DNA of 63,892 bases, the filler included, from Asterionella formosa (taxonomy: Eukaryota), in NCBI GenBank assembly GCA_002256025.1. It is 15 parts of 15 records of this genome, joined end to end, with 100 filler letters (N's around TTAATTAATTAA, not from the genome) between each part and the next. Parts side by side here need not be neighbours in the genome. Positions count along the whole stretch, not along the records: positions 50,780 to 52,148 come from NKIB01002795.1; positions 52,249 to 53,617 come from NKIB01002796.1; positions 53,718 to 55,085 come from NKIB01002798.1; positions 55,186 to 56,553 come from NKIB01002799.1; positions 56,654 to 58,021 come from NKIB01002800.1; positions 58,122 to 59,492 come from NKIB01002801.1; positions 59,593 to 60,959 come from NKIB01002803.1; positions 61,060 to 62,426 come from NKIB01002804.1; 7 more parts are not named here. One strand, written 5' to 3'. The notes below the pieces were generated by a model, which was not told the origin of the DNA, did no database searches, and was given only the letters and a program-made list of their open reading frames with translations. Position 1 is the first letter of the stretch. Every line of letters begins with the position of its first letter. Shown here in pieces: positions 51,201 to 63,089 of this stretch. A program made the position numbers and the translations under genes.

Positions 51201-51559
51201 GAGACCACTGCACACACAGCAATAGACCGAATTTACGAGGCATACAGCCAAAACGAAACAGTGACATACATACTCATGCATATGATACGAGATTGTTGTA
51301 CTGGTGGGCATTCACTACTGCTGCGTGTTTAGATAATTATATTTAAATTTTAAAATTTGCAGTCTCTTTAGTATTTACATCGCCTGTTTACAACCTCAAT
51401 TGTAATTAACTATTTTACCAAGTAGTTCCATATATTGCATTTTAAATGCTTAGAACCACAAGAGAAATACTTGCTTCCAGTACTATCTTCAGTTTTTGTC
51501 TGATTTTGGAAGAACTCTACTCGTGCCCACTCCAGAAATACAAAGTCTTACTAACAATG

Positions 51560-52148
51560 TGCCTCTACCCCCAAGAGTTAGAGTGAGAGGAAAGTACAAG
51601 GTCTGTGAATAGCTACATCAATGACAAAGGGCTAATTCAAATGATAACTCCTGTGATGTCAAACTGGTACTATATACTATACATTTCCAGACCAGCAGTT
51701 GAATCATTGTCATTTCAAAAGAAATTCCGCCGCAGATTTCGACTACCACACAACCAGTTCCTCCAATTTGTTGTTGATGCTAGAAATTCAAATTGGTTTC
51801 CTCGCTGGACTCGACCTGATGCAACAGGAAGGGCATCATCACCCCTTGAACTTATGGTTTTGGGAGCATTCAGGTAGCTACCTTGGGAGAGGATGGACTT
51901 TTGATGACATTGAGGAGAATACTGGTATCAGTCAAGAGACCCACAGGCAATTCTTCCACGCCTTTCTTTAAGTTGGAAATACCATCCTTTACAAAAAATA
52001 TGTTAGAACTCCAACAAACCTATTGGAAACAGAGCATCACATGTTTGAAATGACACAGGCAGGGTCAGGTTTCCCTGGATGTCTTGGGTCCACAGATGCT
52101 ACACATGTGTCAATAGAGCGATGCTTCAATCGGCTTCGGAACCAGCAT
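51560..52148 (+). mobile_element. PIF/Harbinger transposase fragment (frameshifted)
   Basis: FRRRFRLP...PLELMVLGAFR/YLGRGWTFDDIEENTGISQETHRQFF...GFPGCLGSTDATHV (first catalytic Asp). Cut by the contig end. Confidence 0.9.
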
Positions 52149-53318
52149 NNNNNNNNNNNNNNNNNNNNNNNNNNNNNNNNNNNNNNNNNNNNTTAATTAA
52201 TTAANNNNNNNNNNNNNNNNNNNNNNNNNNNNNNNNNNNNNNNNNNNNTTAGAACGCATTTCATTTTCATATCGCTCGCTCGTTTCTGCATTTGGCATAC
52301 TGTACTTGAATTAACTATTGAACTTGTCCGCATCTTTGATACCATCAAGAGAGCGAAAGCAAGTGGCTCTTTTCATTGTTGTTTGCTTGTAGGAAGAATT
52401 TGATATCTGTATCGTCATTTGCTTGTTGGAATTGTCCGTTGCCTCAAACCTGCTTGGCGTGTGCGTACACACACTGTCGACTTGTTTTCATTGGTATGTT
52501 GTTCTTGTATTCACTGTTGAACTTGTCCGCATCTTTGTTAACATCAATAGAGCGACAAGTGGGTTTCTTCATTGTTATTTGCTCCTGGAAAAGTCGGTGT
52601 CCGTGTCATCCTCATCAATAGAGAGACAAGTTCTTTCGTTGGAAAAATTGGTACTCGTGGTATCATTATTCGCTCGTTGGAACCACTGTCCGTTTCCTCA
52701 AACCTGATTAGCGTGTGAGTATGTGCACTGTCGACTTTTGTACATTACAGGCGGAGTGACTTCGCTACTAAATTGCGTGATATAATAATATACCCCGTAG
52801 CACGATGAAGAATACAGTTGCTTCCCAATCATCTCATCATGATTGACAAGATGATACTGTGATATCATGATAAGGTTACATCGATGCATACATCACCAAA
52901 GTATGATACTTAATATTGAATAAAGTACATCACATAGCTATGATACATTGATCCTAAAATTATGTTGATTTTATGAAATATATATGATACAATTTTGATC
53001 AAAATATGATCATGTAAAAATAGTACAATGACAATAAAATACGATAAAATATGTACGCAAGTGTTATCGATACATCACAGAATATAAATCAAGCAATCAT
53101 AAAGTATGTTAATTAATATATATGTTTGTCGTTTATTATATACAGTTAAAGTCAACAGTTAATATGATAGTATTATACAGTGGATAGGATCTAAGTATAC
53201 GGATGCGTTGATATGTACATCACTATAATATGATTTGTGATATGGATTGATGCATATCACATACCGGTATCCTCAACAACCAGCCATCACGTTCATTGTC
53301 GTGTCGTCTTTCCTTGTT

Positions 53319-53543
53319 TTAGCTATATATATGCTCAGATCCGTTCCATTGCAAATCTTCCTTCAATAGGTCAAACTCGTCATCCTTGAGCATTTGCCTT
53401 CCAGTGGCATACCGGTAGTAGGACTGAAGCGCGTCCAGAAAGATACGCTCCTTTTCGGCTACTGTGAGACGAATGAGTTCCCCACTTTCCGGATCGACGA
53501 CACAGTATTCCTCGTCAGGACTACTTTCGTTTTTGCTTGATTC
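53319..53543 (-). pseudogene. PGRL1: Truncated PGRL1 (PGR5-like 1) exon fragment
   Basis: After a TAG acceptor: EEYCVVDPESGELIRLTVAEKERIFLDALQSYY[RY]ATGRQMLKDDEFDLLKEDLQWNGS. This aligns by eye with the plant PGRL1 motif E.EFL.ALQ.FY..GK..MS.EEFD.LKE.L.W.GS. Premature stop right after WNGSEHIYS. Confidence 0.75.
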
Positions 53544-53772
53544 CTATGGGGAAAGATGGAAGTAAGAATTTTTATTTACTCATAAATAGTTACTAACAAA
53601 ATGGTTATTTGTTTTTANNNNNNNNNNNNNNNNNNNNNNNNNNNNNNNNNNNNNNNNNNNNTTAATTAATTAANNNNNNNNNNNNNNNNNNNNNNNNNNN
53701 NNNNNNNNNNNNNNNNNTCACTCTACCTATCCCTATCACTATCCCTCTCCCTCTCTCTTTCCCTATTCCTAT

Positions 53773-53808
53773 CCCTAACCCTAACCCTAACCCTAACCCT
53801 AACCCTAA
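53773..53808 (-). repeat. Interstitial telomere-like (TTAGGG)6
   Basis: (CCCTAA)6 flanked by degenerate CCCTAT/CCCTCT units, ~80 bp downstream of the LRR stop codon. Confidence 0.9.
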
Positions 53809-53887
53809 CCCTTGGCAACTTAAGTAGTCACCCATCGTCGCTTGGATAATAGTCATTGTAGCCCTCACACATACACATACCCTAACC

Positions 53888-55085
53888 CTATACAAAAGCT
53901 GGTGAAGAAACAGGGTTCAAGGAATTGAATGGTGCAGGAAGCGTGCCAGTGAAAGTATTATTGTCCAAATCTAGATAATTGAGACTTGTCAAGAGTCCAA
54001 TCTCTGTGGGAAGTGTGCCAGTGAAAGTATTGTAAGACAAAACTAGATCAGTGAGACTTGTGAAGAGTCCAATCTCTGTGGGAAGTGTGCCAGTGAAAGT
54101 ATTGCCAGAAAAATTTAGATAATTGAGACTTGTCAAGAGTCCAATCTCTGTGGGAAGTGTGCCAGTTAACCGATTAGGACCCAATGATAAGAATGTTAAG
54201 CTTGACAAGAGACCTAGCTCAGTTGGAATTTTTCCAGTTAGATCATTTCCATTTCGATTTTGGTGACCTCCATGTCCAACGTTCAAATGTCCTGTAATCA
54301 TTAAAATATGAAAAATCAATGATTTGCTGTATTCTTTTGCCACAGTTTTTAATCTTCATTTTTTTCATTTACTTACGTAGTTTTGTCAACTGAGGCCAAT
54401 TTGAACTGATATTTCCAGATAATAAAACATTGTCGCCAAAGTCCATAACAACTGTGTCACAACAAAATGTTGTTAGTATTTAATCACACTTTTCTATCAC
54501 AATTGTTATTGCCTGTACTTACAAAGATTGGTCATATTTCCAAAAATGGATGGTAATTCTTCAATGAAGTTAGCTGAGCAGTTGAAGTACTCTTTTATAA
54601 TAATTGGAAAAATGAGAAGTTGTATCAGAAATTATAAATCATCAAAACCTTTATTTTCTGATTTTTTGTCACTCACCTATGTTTGAAAGATGACTGAAGC
54701 TCAAAGGTAAGTTAAAAATTGTATTGTTGCTCAAGTCAATGTGATCTGATTTAAATTACAAAGGCGAAATCAAATAGTTAGTTTGCATAACTTTTTTTTA
54801 AGCAAAAACATGTTTATCGCAATGCACTTACTCATTCTTTCACTTAGAACTGCTACTTCTGGAGGAATGGATCCAACAAGACCTTCACCACTGAGTTGCA
54901 GTGATGTTATAAATGTTCCATTGCAACCAATTCCTTTCCAATCACAAAAGTTGTAGTCGCCATATTCATTTGGTTCTAGCCATTTTTCATAAGTATTTGA
55001 TTGAGACAGAGTACTAAGCCATGTTTTTCCAACTACTTCAAAATAGATTACCGCCAAAACATAGTGTTGGAGCAAGTTGAAATCA
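53888..55085 (-). CDS. Leucine-rich-repeat protein, 5'-partial, variant 1
   Basis: Exons 55085-54832, 54745-54677, 54591-54523, 54451-54377 and 54291-53888, all with GT-AG introns. Cap QHYVLAVIYF...CDWKGIGC and plant-type LxLxxNxFTGTLPTEIGLL repeats. Confidence 0.85.
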
Positions 55086-55779
55086 NNNNNNNNNNNNNNN
55101 NNNNNNNNNNNNNNNNNNNNNNNNNNNNNTTAATTAATTAANNNNNNNNNNNNNNNNNNNNNNNNNNNNNNNNNNNNNNNNNNNNATAGACAATAGTATG
55201 TACTTATTTAGCTTAGATTTTGCGTTTTGCGGCTATATCAAACACTATATACAGTGTGGTTGTTCTGAGCGGCGGCTGGAGAACGAATACTGCATATCAT
55301 CTCATCTGCTCACCAGCCTTGACCATGACAAAAATAACAAATGTTTTGACACATATATCAGGCCTCAATAAAGACATATGCGATACAATCGACTATTCCT
55401 CGCTCCCTCTGAGAACAACACGGTAAAGCTATTAAGTACAGCACATGCACCGGAAACAATGCAAGATCTCACGCACCATACTAAACCACGTCCCCTGAAT
55501 TGTCGTCGTCCTTTTCTACCTTCTTGTCATCTCTTTTGTATTGTTTGATGTCTCACAAAATCAGACCGGTTGATTGTTGGTATTAGGCAGCCGCTTGGAG
55601 GTGAAGGCATTGTACCTGTAGTCCCTCATGTCGCAAACACACCTTGACACCTCCTAACGGTAAGTGACGACCAGCAGACCTGATATTGAAGCACATCTTT
55701 GTCAGCCAGAAACTCACTCCATTTTTCTATGTCCATACCTCCCCTTTCTTGCGGAAAGAAGCAAAAATGATAATACGAG

Positions 55780-56553
55780 GAATGGGTTGACTTGAAAGAA
55801 ACTGGCGTATTGAAAGTCCAAGAAATATCCTGCAAAGCGGACATCGGCAATCAAACAAGGAACCTATTGGCGAAGGTTTCAAGCAGCGCTACAATCAACT
55901 GAGCAGCAAGTACAGGGAAGCAACAAACAAGTATTTCAATGGACAGATGCAGTGATGGAGGTGTGGTGGCCAATTGCAATTTGCATTTGGATTGTTTTGA
56001 GATCATTTTTGGAAATGCCATTGCATGCAAATTGCCTAGTAGCAAATGGCCTAAATCTAATCATTAATTCCTTTAGTTTGTTATCATTATACCTGTTCAA
56101 TGACTTAGTTCACCAACACAACCAAAAGCACCACCATTATTGATCAGCTGGTTGAGTTAGCATTGCTAGTGATTTTCTAGTGCTATACTAGTCTAGTATT
56201 GTGCTCAAGGGGTATCTCAATGGCCGATTTTTTCCAAAATAGGAAAGGAGAAACATGAACTGCTATAGGCATTTGTTGAGACGAGGCTCAACTGAAATCT
56301 CATTGAAACTCGAAGTTTTACCTATAGGAAAAACAGGCTAAAACAACTCGAAAACAAACAAACATTTGACTACCACAGTGAAGGTTGCATGTGGTCAGTC
56401 GGATTATTTCCGCCATTTTGGATCATTTCCGCCGCCTTTTCCGATTTTATGATATTCCGTGTGTACATGATATATGAAATAAGGCGAAGGATGGGCCACA
56501 ACGTTTTTTCTACTGGCTGAAGTCTATGTACAAATTCTGCGTAGTTTCAGGGT
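55780..56553 (+). mobile_element. Possible piggyBac 3' remnant
   Basis: Fragments WRIESP and CNLHLDCFEII weakly resemble a piggyBac C-terminal Cys domain. The contig ends ...CAGGGT, compatible with a GGG-TTAA right end. Confidence 0.3.
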
Positions 56554-56653
56554 NNNNNNNNNNNNNNNNNNNNNNNNNNNNNNNNNNNNNNNNNNNNTTA
56601 ATTAATTAANNNNNNNNNNNNNNNNNNNNNNNNNNNNNNNNNNNNNNNNNNNN

Positions 56654-57851
56654 TGATTTCAACTTACTCCAACGCTATGTTTTGGCGGTAATCTATTTTG
56701 AAGCATTTGGAAAAACATGGCTTAGTACTCTGTCTCAATCAAATACTTATGAAAAATGGCTAGAACCAAATGAATATGGCAACTACAACTTTTGTGATTG
56801 GAAAGGAATTGGTTGCAATGGAACATTTATAACATCACTGCAACTCAGTGGTGAAGGTCTTGTTGGATCCATTCCTCCAGAAGTAGCAGTTCTAAGTGAA
56901 AGAATGAGTAAGTGCATTGCGATAAACATGTTTTGCTTTAAAAAAAAGTTATGCAAACTAACTATTTGATTTCGCCTTTGTAATTTAAATCAGATCACAT
57001 TGACTTGAGCAACAATACAATTTTTAACTTACCTCTGAGCTTCAGTCATCTTTCAAACATAGGTGAGTGACAAAAAAAAAGAAAATAAAGGTTTTGATGA
57101 TTTTTAATTTCTGATACAACTTCTCATTTTTCCAATTATTATAAAAGAGTACTTAAACTGCTCAGCTAACTTCATTGAAGAATTACCATCCATTTTTGGA
57201 AATATGACCAATCTTTGTAAGTACAGGCAATAACAATTGTGATAGAAAAGTGTGATTAAATACTAACAACATTTTGTTGTGACACAGTTGTTATGGACTT
57301 TGGCGACAATGTTTTATTATCTGGAAATATCAGTTCAAATTGGCCTCAGTTGACAAAACTACGTAAGTAAATGAAAAAATTGAAGAGTAAAAACTGTGGC
57401 AAAAGAATACAGCAAATCATTGATTTTTCATATTTTAATGATTACAGGACATTTGAACGTTGGACATGGAGGTCACCAAAATCGAAATGGACATGATCTA
57501 ACTGGAAAAATTCCAACTGAGCTAGGACTCTTGTCAAGCTTAACATTCTTATCATTGGGTCCTAATCGGTTAACTGGCACACTTCCCACAGAGATTGGAC
57601 TCTTGACAAGTCTCACTGATCTAGGTTTGTATTCCAATACTTTCACTGGCACACTTCCCACAGAGATTGGACTCTTGACAAATCTCACTGATCAAAGTTT
57701 GTATGCCAATACTTTCACTGGCACACTTCCCACAGAGATTGGACTCTTGACAAGTCTCATTTTTCTAGATTTGGACAATAATACTTTCACTGGCACGCTT
57801 CCTGCACCATTCAATTCCTTGAACCCTGTTTCTTCACCAGCTTTTGTATAG
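56654..57851 (+). CDS. Leucine-rich-repeat protein, 5'-partial, variant 2
   Basis: Exons 56654-56907, 56994-57062, 57148-57216, 57288-57362 and 57448-57851 with phase-1 GT-AG introns. Near-identical to the reverse complement of 53888-55085. Confidence 0.85.
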
Positions 57852-57930
57852 GGTTAGGGTATGTGTATGTGTGAGGGCTACAATGACTATTATCCAAGCG
57901 ACGATGGGTGACTACTTAAGTTGCCAAGGG

Positions 57931-57966
57931 TTAGGGTTAGGGTTAGGGTTAGGGTTAGGGTTAGGG
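57931..57966 (+). repeat. Interstitial telomere-like (TTAGGG)6
   Basis: Six perfect units, then degenerate ATAGGG/AGAGGG units up to the contig end. Confidence 0.9.
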
Positions 57967-60086
57967 ATAGGAATAGGGAAAGAGAGAGGGAGAGGGATAG
58001 TGATAGGGATAGGTAGAGTGANNNNNNNNNNNNNNNNNNNNNNNNNNNNNNNNNNNNNNNNNNNNTTAATTAATTAANNNNNNNNNNNNNNNNNNNNNNN
58101 NNNNNNNNNNNNNNNNNNNNNGCTCCCAAGCAGTGTGCAGTCCAAATGCTATGATGGAATCCGCAAGCGAGACCATGATGAGTCACTTTTCTACTCAGTC
58201 ATTTTCGAGTACCAGGTATTAATAATACATTTAGCTATCATAATGATGGTTTCTATAGTACATAGTAATTCCAGCATGGCTGCATTTGATCATTTCAACT
58301 ACAACGCCGATTACTGGTACAGCCGCCACAAAAAAAACGCTAGTCAAATATGATCACCCAAAATAATTATTTGGGTGGCCCAATATGACGAATTTAGCTA
58401 CGTACATAATTTAAGGGTATGACATCACAAAAAAATATGACGCATCACACAATATATATGGACGGAGTGAACTAAAATAGTTTTAACAACTTCCATAATT
58501 ATTTTAGAAACCCACATAATTTTTGGGGGCAACTGACAATATTTTCTTGCGACACAAAAAACAATTTGTTCAGTAATAATCTCTATAATACGGTACTTTT
58601 CTCGACAATTCGCAACATTTCCGTTCACAAATATTCTTCACTCTGACTATCATTAATTTTGTTAGTTTGCTCCCATTTTATCTTTACTTTGATCACATTA
58701 ATACCTCAAGGTTAAACAAATATATATGCTAGTCAAACAAATAATTATGTGTAACCAATCAACGTTTAAATTAAATTCTAGCTACAATCGCAAAATCAAT
58801 CAAATTAATCGCTTCGCTATATAGTTTATATTGATACTTTCTATAGAACGTGATTCTCAAACCAATAAGACAAGCAATGGATGTTCATTCTTGCAGCTGG
58901 ATGCTGTAACTTAACGCAAGATTGCTTGGCTACTCATAGTACTTGCAGGAATCCATGTTTACTACCGGTAGATCAATTCATAGCAAATGAGCCGGCTGCT
59001 CATTCTCATTGCTCGGATTGATTGTCTTTTGTAGAAAGAGGGAAACATTTGCAGAGTGAGTTGATGAGAAAAAAAGTTACGAAGCCATGATTTCGTTTCT
59101 GCTGTGCTCCTTACCATGTTCCCCAATGGCCAACCCAGCCCTGATCATATGATTGTCTGCAACCAGTGAACAACAATCATAGATTGAGTTCATGAACAAA
59201 CAATCGTTACAAAGGCATCATTTTCGTTGTGCTTAGCTACCATGCCGCAGCCTGAATCCCAACAAATCTCTCGCTCAACAGATTGATTGTCTGTAGACAA
59301 AGAACAGCGTTTGCAGAGTAAGTTCGTGATCAACAAGCAAGTAACAAGCACACAATCAAGCCCTTTTTATAATTCATTACAAATAGCAATTCATGCGCTA
59401 ACAATTCCGAACAAAGACGAAGGAGAATAGTAGGAGAGGAGATCCGCCCACAACAAGCAACAGCAAACAGTATCAAGCAACAAAAGGCAAGANNNNNNNN
59501 NNNNNNNNNNNNNNNNNNNNNNNNNNNNNNNNNNNNTTAATTAATTAANNNNNNNNNNNNNNNNNNNNNNNNNNNNNNNNNNNNNNNNNNNNCTTGCCCT
59601 TAAATAAACACTTGCCCTTAAATAAACAATACAAGAAAGGATAAGGATACCTCCTATGTAAGGGTTTAGTAACAGGACGTACATTACAATAGCACGCCAT
59701 ATAGGCAACAGATAACAGTATGATGGGAGAGGAATTGCACATCGAATATATTGGAGTAATATATATGTACATATAACCGCTTGCCATATATACATATTCA
59801 AACCAGATATATATAGACTCATAAAAAGCCAACACTTTTCGACTAAAGCAATATACCCACGCTTTAACCGCGAGCCATAAATATATTGATACCATTTATA
59901 GTTAAAAACACGTTTTCCACTGAACAAATGTACCCACGCCTTAACTGCAAGCCATGTATATATATCCACACCATGTATATTATATAATCAGAAAGAGCAG
60001 CACTTTTTTACTGAAACGCACTACCGGTAGTGGCGCTATGGCTCTGTAACCGTAACCCTAACCCAAAATTACCTAAAGCTGTGTAC

Positions 60087-60158
60087 CCACGTACAATCTC
60101 CTTACCTACTCCTAGCACGTGACCACGTACAATCTCCTTACCTACTCCTAGCACGTGA
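60087..60158. repeat. 36-bp tandem duplication
   Basis: ccacgtacaatctccttacctactcctagcacgtga x2. Confidence 0.85.
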
Positions 60159-62887
60159 CAAGACAAGGCCATGGAAAGGGCGACTTTAGTCGTCATAAAT
60201 GCGAGCGTGGGTACACAGCTATGGGTAATTTTGGCTTTACTAGGCCGAATCCGAGACCGGTATGCTGGTCTCGGCACCCATTTTTAGGCCATAGCAGTTG
60301 TGTTGGTTGGGTTGGGTAGGTGCATGGTGGCGATTTCCTGAAGGAGCTGGTAATCGCCGCCCGCCAGCATGAGTTGAGAGAGGCCCGCCATAACAGGCAG
60401 GACGGGTCTCGACATGGAGGTAACAGATTATAGCATCAAAGCGATAGCGCCCAATTAGCTTGATGAGTAGGCCGTTCACTCCCCTGGAAAACAGATGCCA
60501 GTTTGTCGCCCCATTTGATCATCCATATAATGATTCCACCAAAACATTTATTTGATTACACTTCTACAATGAAGGAGATCCAGGAGACCCCAACGGATTC
60601 CTTGCTTTCTTATGCCAACCTTCCTGAACATTGCCAGTTTCCCACCAATGTTGTCTGCGAATTTTTCGCCCTTCCACATCTCGGAATCGGAGATTGTATG
60701 ATAACAATGCTCTCTGTTCATCATTGCATCTTTAACAGAGCGGCCTATCAGAAATTCATGTATGAAGTGGGAGGGATAGTGTGACTGGATATCATTGCTG
60801 GCAGGATTTTTGACAAGGAGGGAACCAAGATGTTGTTGTCACAGGCATTTTGTACTGTCTGTGATTGCTCTTGGCTCCTTCTTGTTCTAGCATTTCCATC
60901 AATCTCTTTTTCAACTATTTTTAAAGAAATCATTAATGGCATCAGAATATGATCTTATGNNNNNNNNNNNNNNNNNNNNNNNNNNNNNNNNNNNNNNNNN
61001 NNNTTAATTAATTAANNNNNNNNNNNNNNNNNNNNNNNNNNNNNNNNNNNNNNNNNNNNACAGAGCACCATATGTTCATGACTGCTGCTACTGCAGCGGG
61101 ACAGTAAATCATCATAGTTTCAGGATCATATGATTGTAAAACTGAAAGAGGGTAGTCTGAGTAGTAAGCGAGCAACAGAACACCATATTTTCAGTACTGT
61201 TGCTACTACAGTGCAACAGTAAAGCATCATAGTTTCAGGATTGTATAATCATATAATTGAAAACAAGATATGCTATTACTCAAACTCGGTTCTGATTTTG
61301 TATATGATAATGTAACTAGCACTGTTGGTCTTATGATGGTATCATCATATCTAGACAGCGTAAAATATTATTTGTAGTGGCTGATGATTCATTTCATTGT
61401 AACTAGCAACACCTAAATTTAAGATCATCGAACTTTAAGGAAGACAACGACAACAGTTATCTAGTATTATAATGTCTTCAAAAAACCATAAAGAGGTTCA
61501 TGGAAGCAAACAAGCGACTTGTGGCAAATACTGCCGGTATGGAACAAAGAAGCAAGTACCAAAATGAGTTCGATTATCCAAAGGAACCGAATTGGTGACA
61601 GGGAGTAATTGGGGGTACTACCCCATCGTCAAAGGGGACACCATCAGCTACTACTACAAAGGCTCCCGCAATTGATACTGACAGCAATGATGACGTTTCT
61701 TTTTCAGTTGTTGATACAAGAAGAATGGCTCCTGTGGATGATACCATTAATAACTCCCGGATGCAGATGGACAACATGGTACCATATCATAAATTTTCTA
61801 ATTGCACAGACCAACAAGTACATGACAAACCATTTTGCACTTACCAAAGTGCAAAATAATCAAATGGTCCAAAAACTCAATCACTACAAAGGTCGTAATT
61901 CGTCCATACAAGGTTATCAAGAATCTTCAATTTCAGCAGCCTTATCAGAACGTCTTTCCCGCTTAGCTCAAATTGAACCATCAATTGTCACAAAGGTTGT
62001 GAGTTTTATTTGCTTTCAAAACCAAGAAGTTTCGCTGCGAACATGTATGTTTGAGGTTTTAGTTTGCGAATTGCAGGTCCTGTAAAAAATATCAATCTAA
62101 TGTGCTTTTTTCTGGTCCCAAAAGAGAATCAAACATCCCGAACTGCCTATCTGGTCCAAGTAGTATGAAAGGCATTTCCAATCACAAACAGGATTGGTTT
62201 GCCCCATGTTGACCTGCCTATTTTGGCTATACACAGTGAAACCGGAGTTAGGCAAAGAAGTGGAGAGTGACCCAGAGCTTCACGATTTCATAAGGAATGG
62301 TTTTGATGCACTACTTCCAATGATTCAGACCATTGAATGTACCTACAAGGCATGTTTAGATTACATCAAATCAACATTTGGTGGCATGTGCATAAAAAAG
62401 TTGATCAAGAGAATGTCAGAATGTGCNNNNNNNNNNNNNNNNNNNNNNNNNNNNNNNNNNNNNNNNNNNNTTAATTAATTAANNNNNNNNNNNNNNNNNN
62501 NNNNNNNNNNNNNNNNNNNNNNNNNNAATACACAGTTTCATTATGTATTCCAGGAACTCGATGTTCTTGCAGGCAATGTTGACAGTGACCATATGCATAA
62601 AAAACACGGTTGCTACAATTTCGGTTGTGAGACTCAGATGGGGATTTGTTCTTTTGAAATGTGTAGTTACACAAATAACACCATTGCAATGTCCGCAAAG
62701 ACATTGCAAATTTCAAATGATGACAAAGTCAGGATATGAACAGGATAGAATGAAAATGAATTATTAATAATAAATTTATCATCACTCCGATCATGCTGTG
62801 CTGGACAATACAGAGTCGTGAAATTATCACTCCACCATCATAGTAAAAATGGAGGTATACCGCTACATACAGTACAGGCGCCAGTAC

Positions 62888-63059
62888 TAGTAGTATTGAT
62901 CAACATCAATGTTTTCCTAACATCTATGATATGGTTCGCATTGTAGAAGTCTCACAGTAACTGTATTTTTATATAGTAGTATAGAGCATCATCAATATTT
63001 TCCTAACATCTATGATATGGTTCGCATTGTAGAAGTCTCGCACTAACTATATTTTTATA
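62888..63059. repeat. 86-bp tandem duplication
   Basis: catcaat(g/a)ttttcctaacatctatgatatggttcgcattgtagaagtctc at 62904 and 62990. Confidence 0.85.
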
Positions 63060-63089
63060 ATGTAGCTACCAAGCATGCATTGGATTCTA

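Noticed and set aside
57590..57790. Diversity-generating retroelement acting on the LRR (NNY variable codons)
   Set aside because: No template repeat or DGR-type RT is visible and framework adenines are unchanged. Ordinary positive selection explains the first- and second-position bias.
53718..58021. Large inverted repeat or invertible LRR cassette
   Set aside because: The two copies are on separate concatenated contigs, so their orientation and spacing are arbitrary.
57844..58021. GLGLGLG ORF
   Set aside because: It is a translation of the TTAGGG repeat running into the linker.
22405..62482. Regularly spaced TTAATTAATTAA repeats as a CRISPR-like or biological array
   Set aside because: They are always centred in N runs and give stops in all six frames, so they are an assembly linker.
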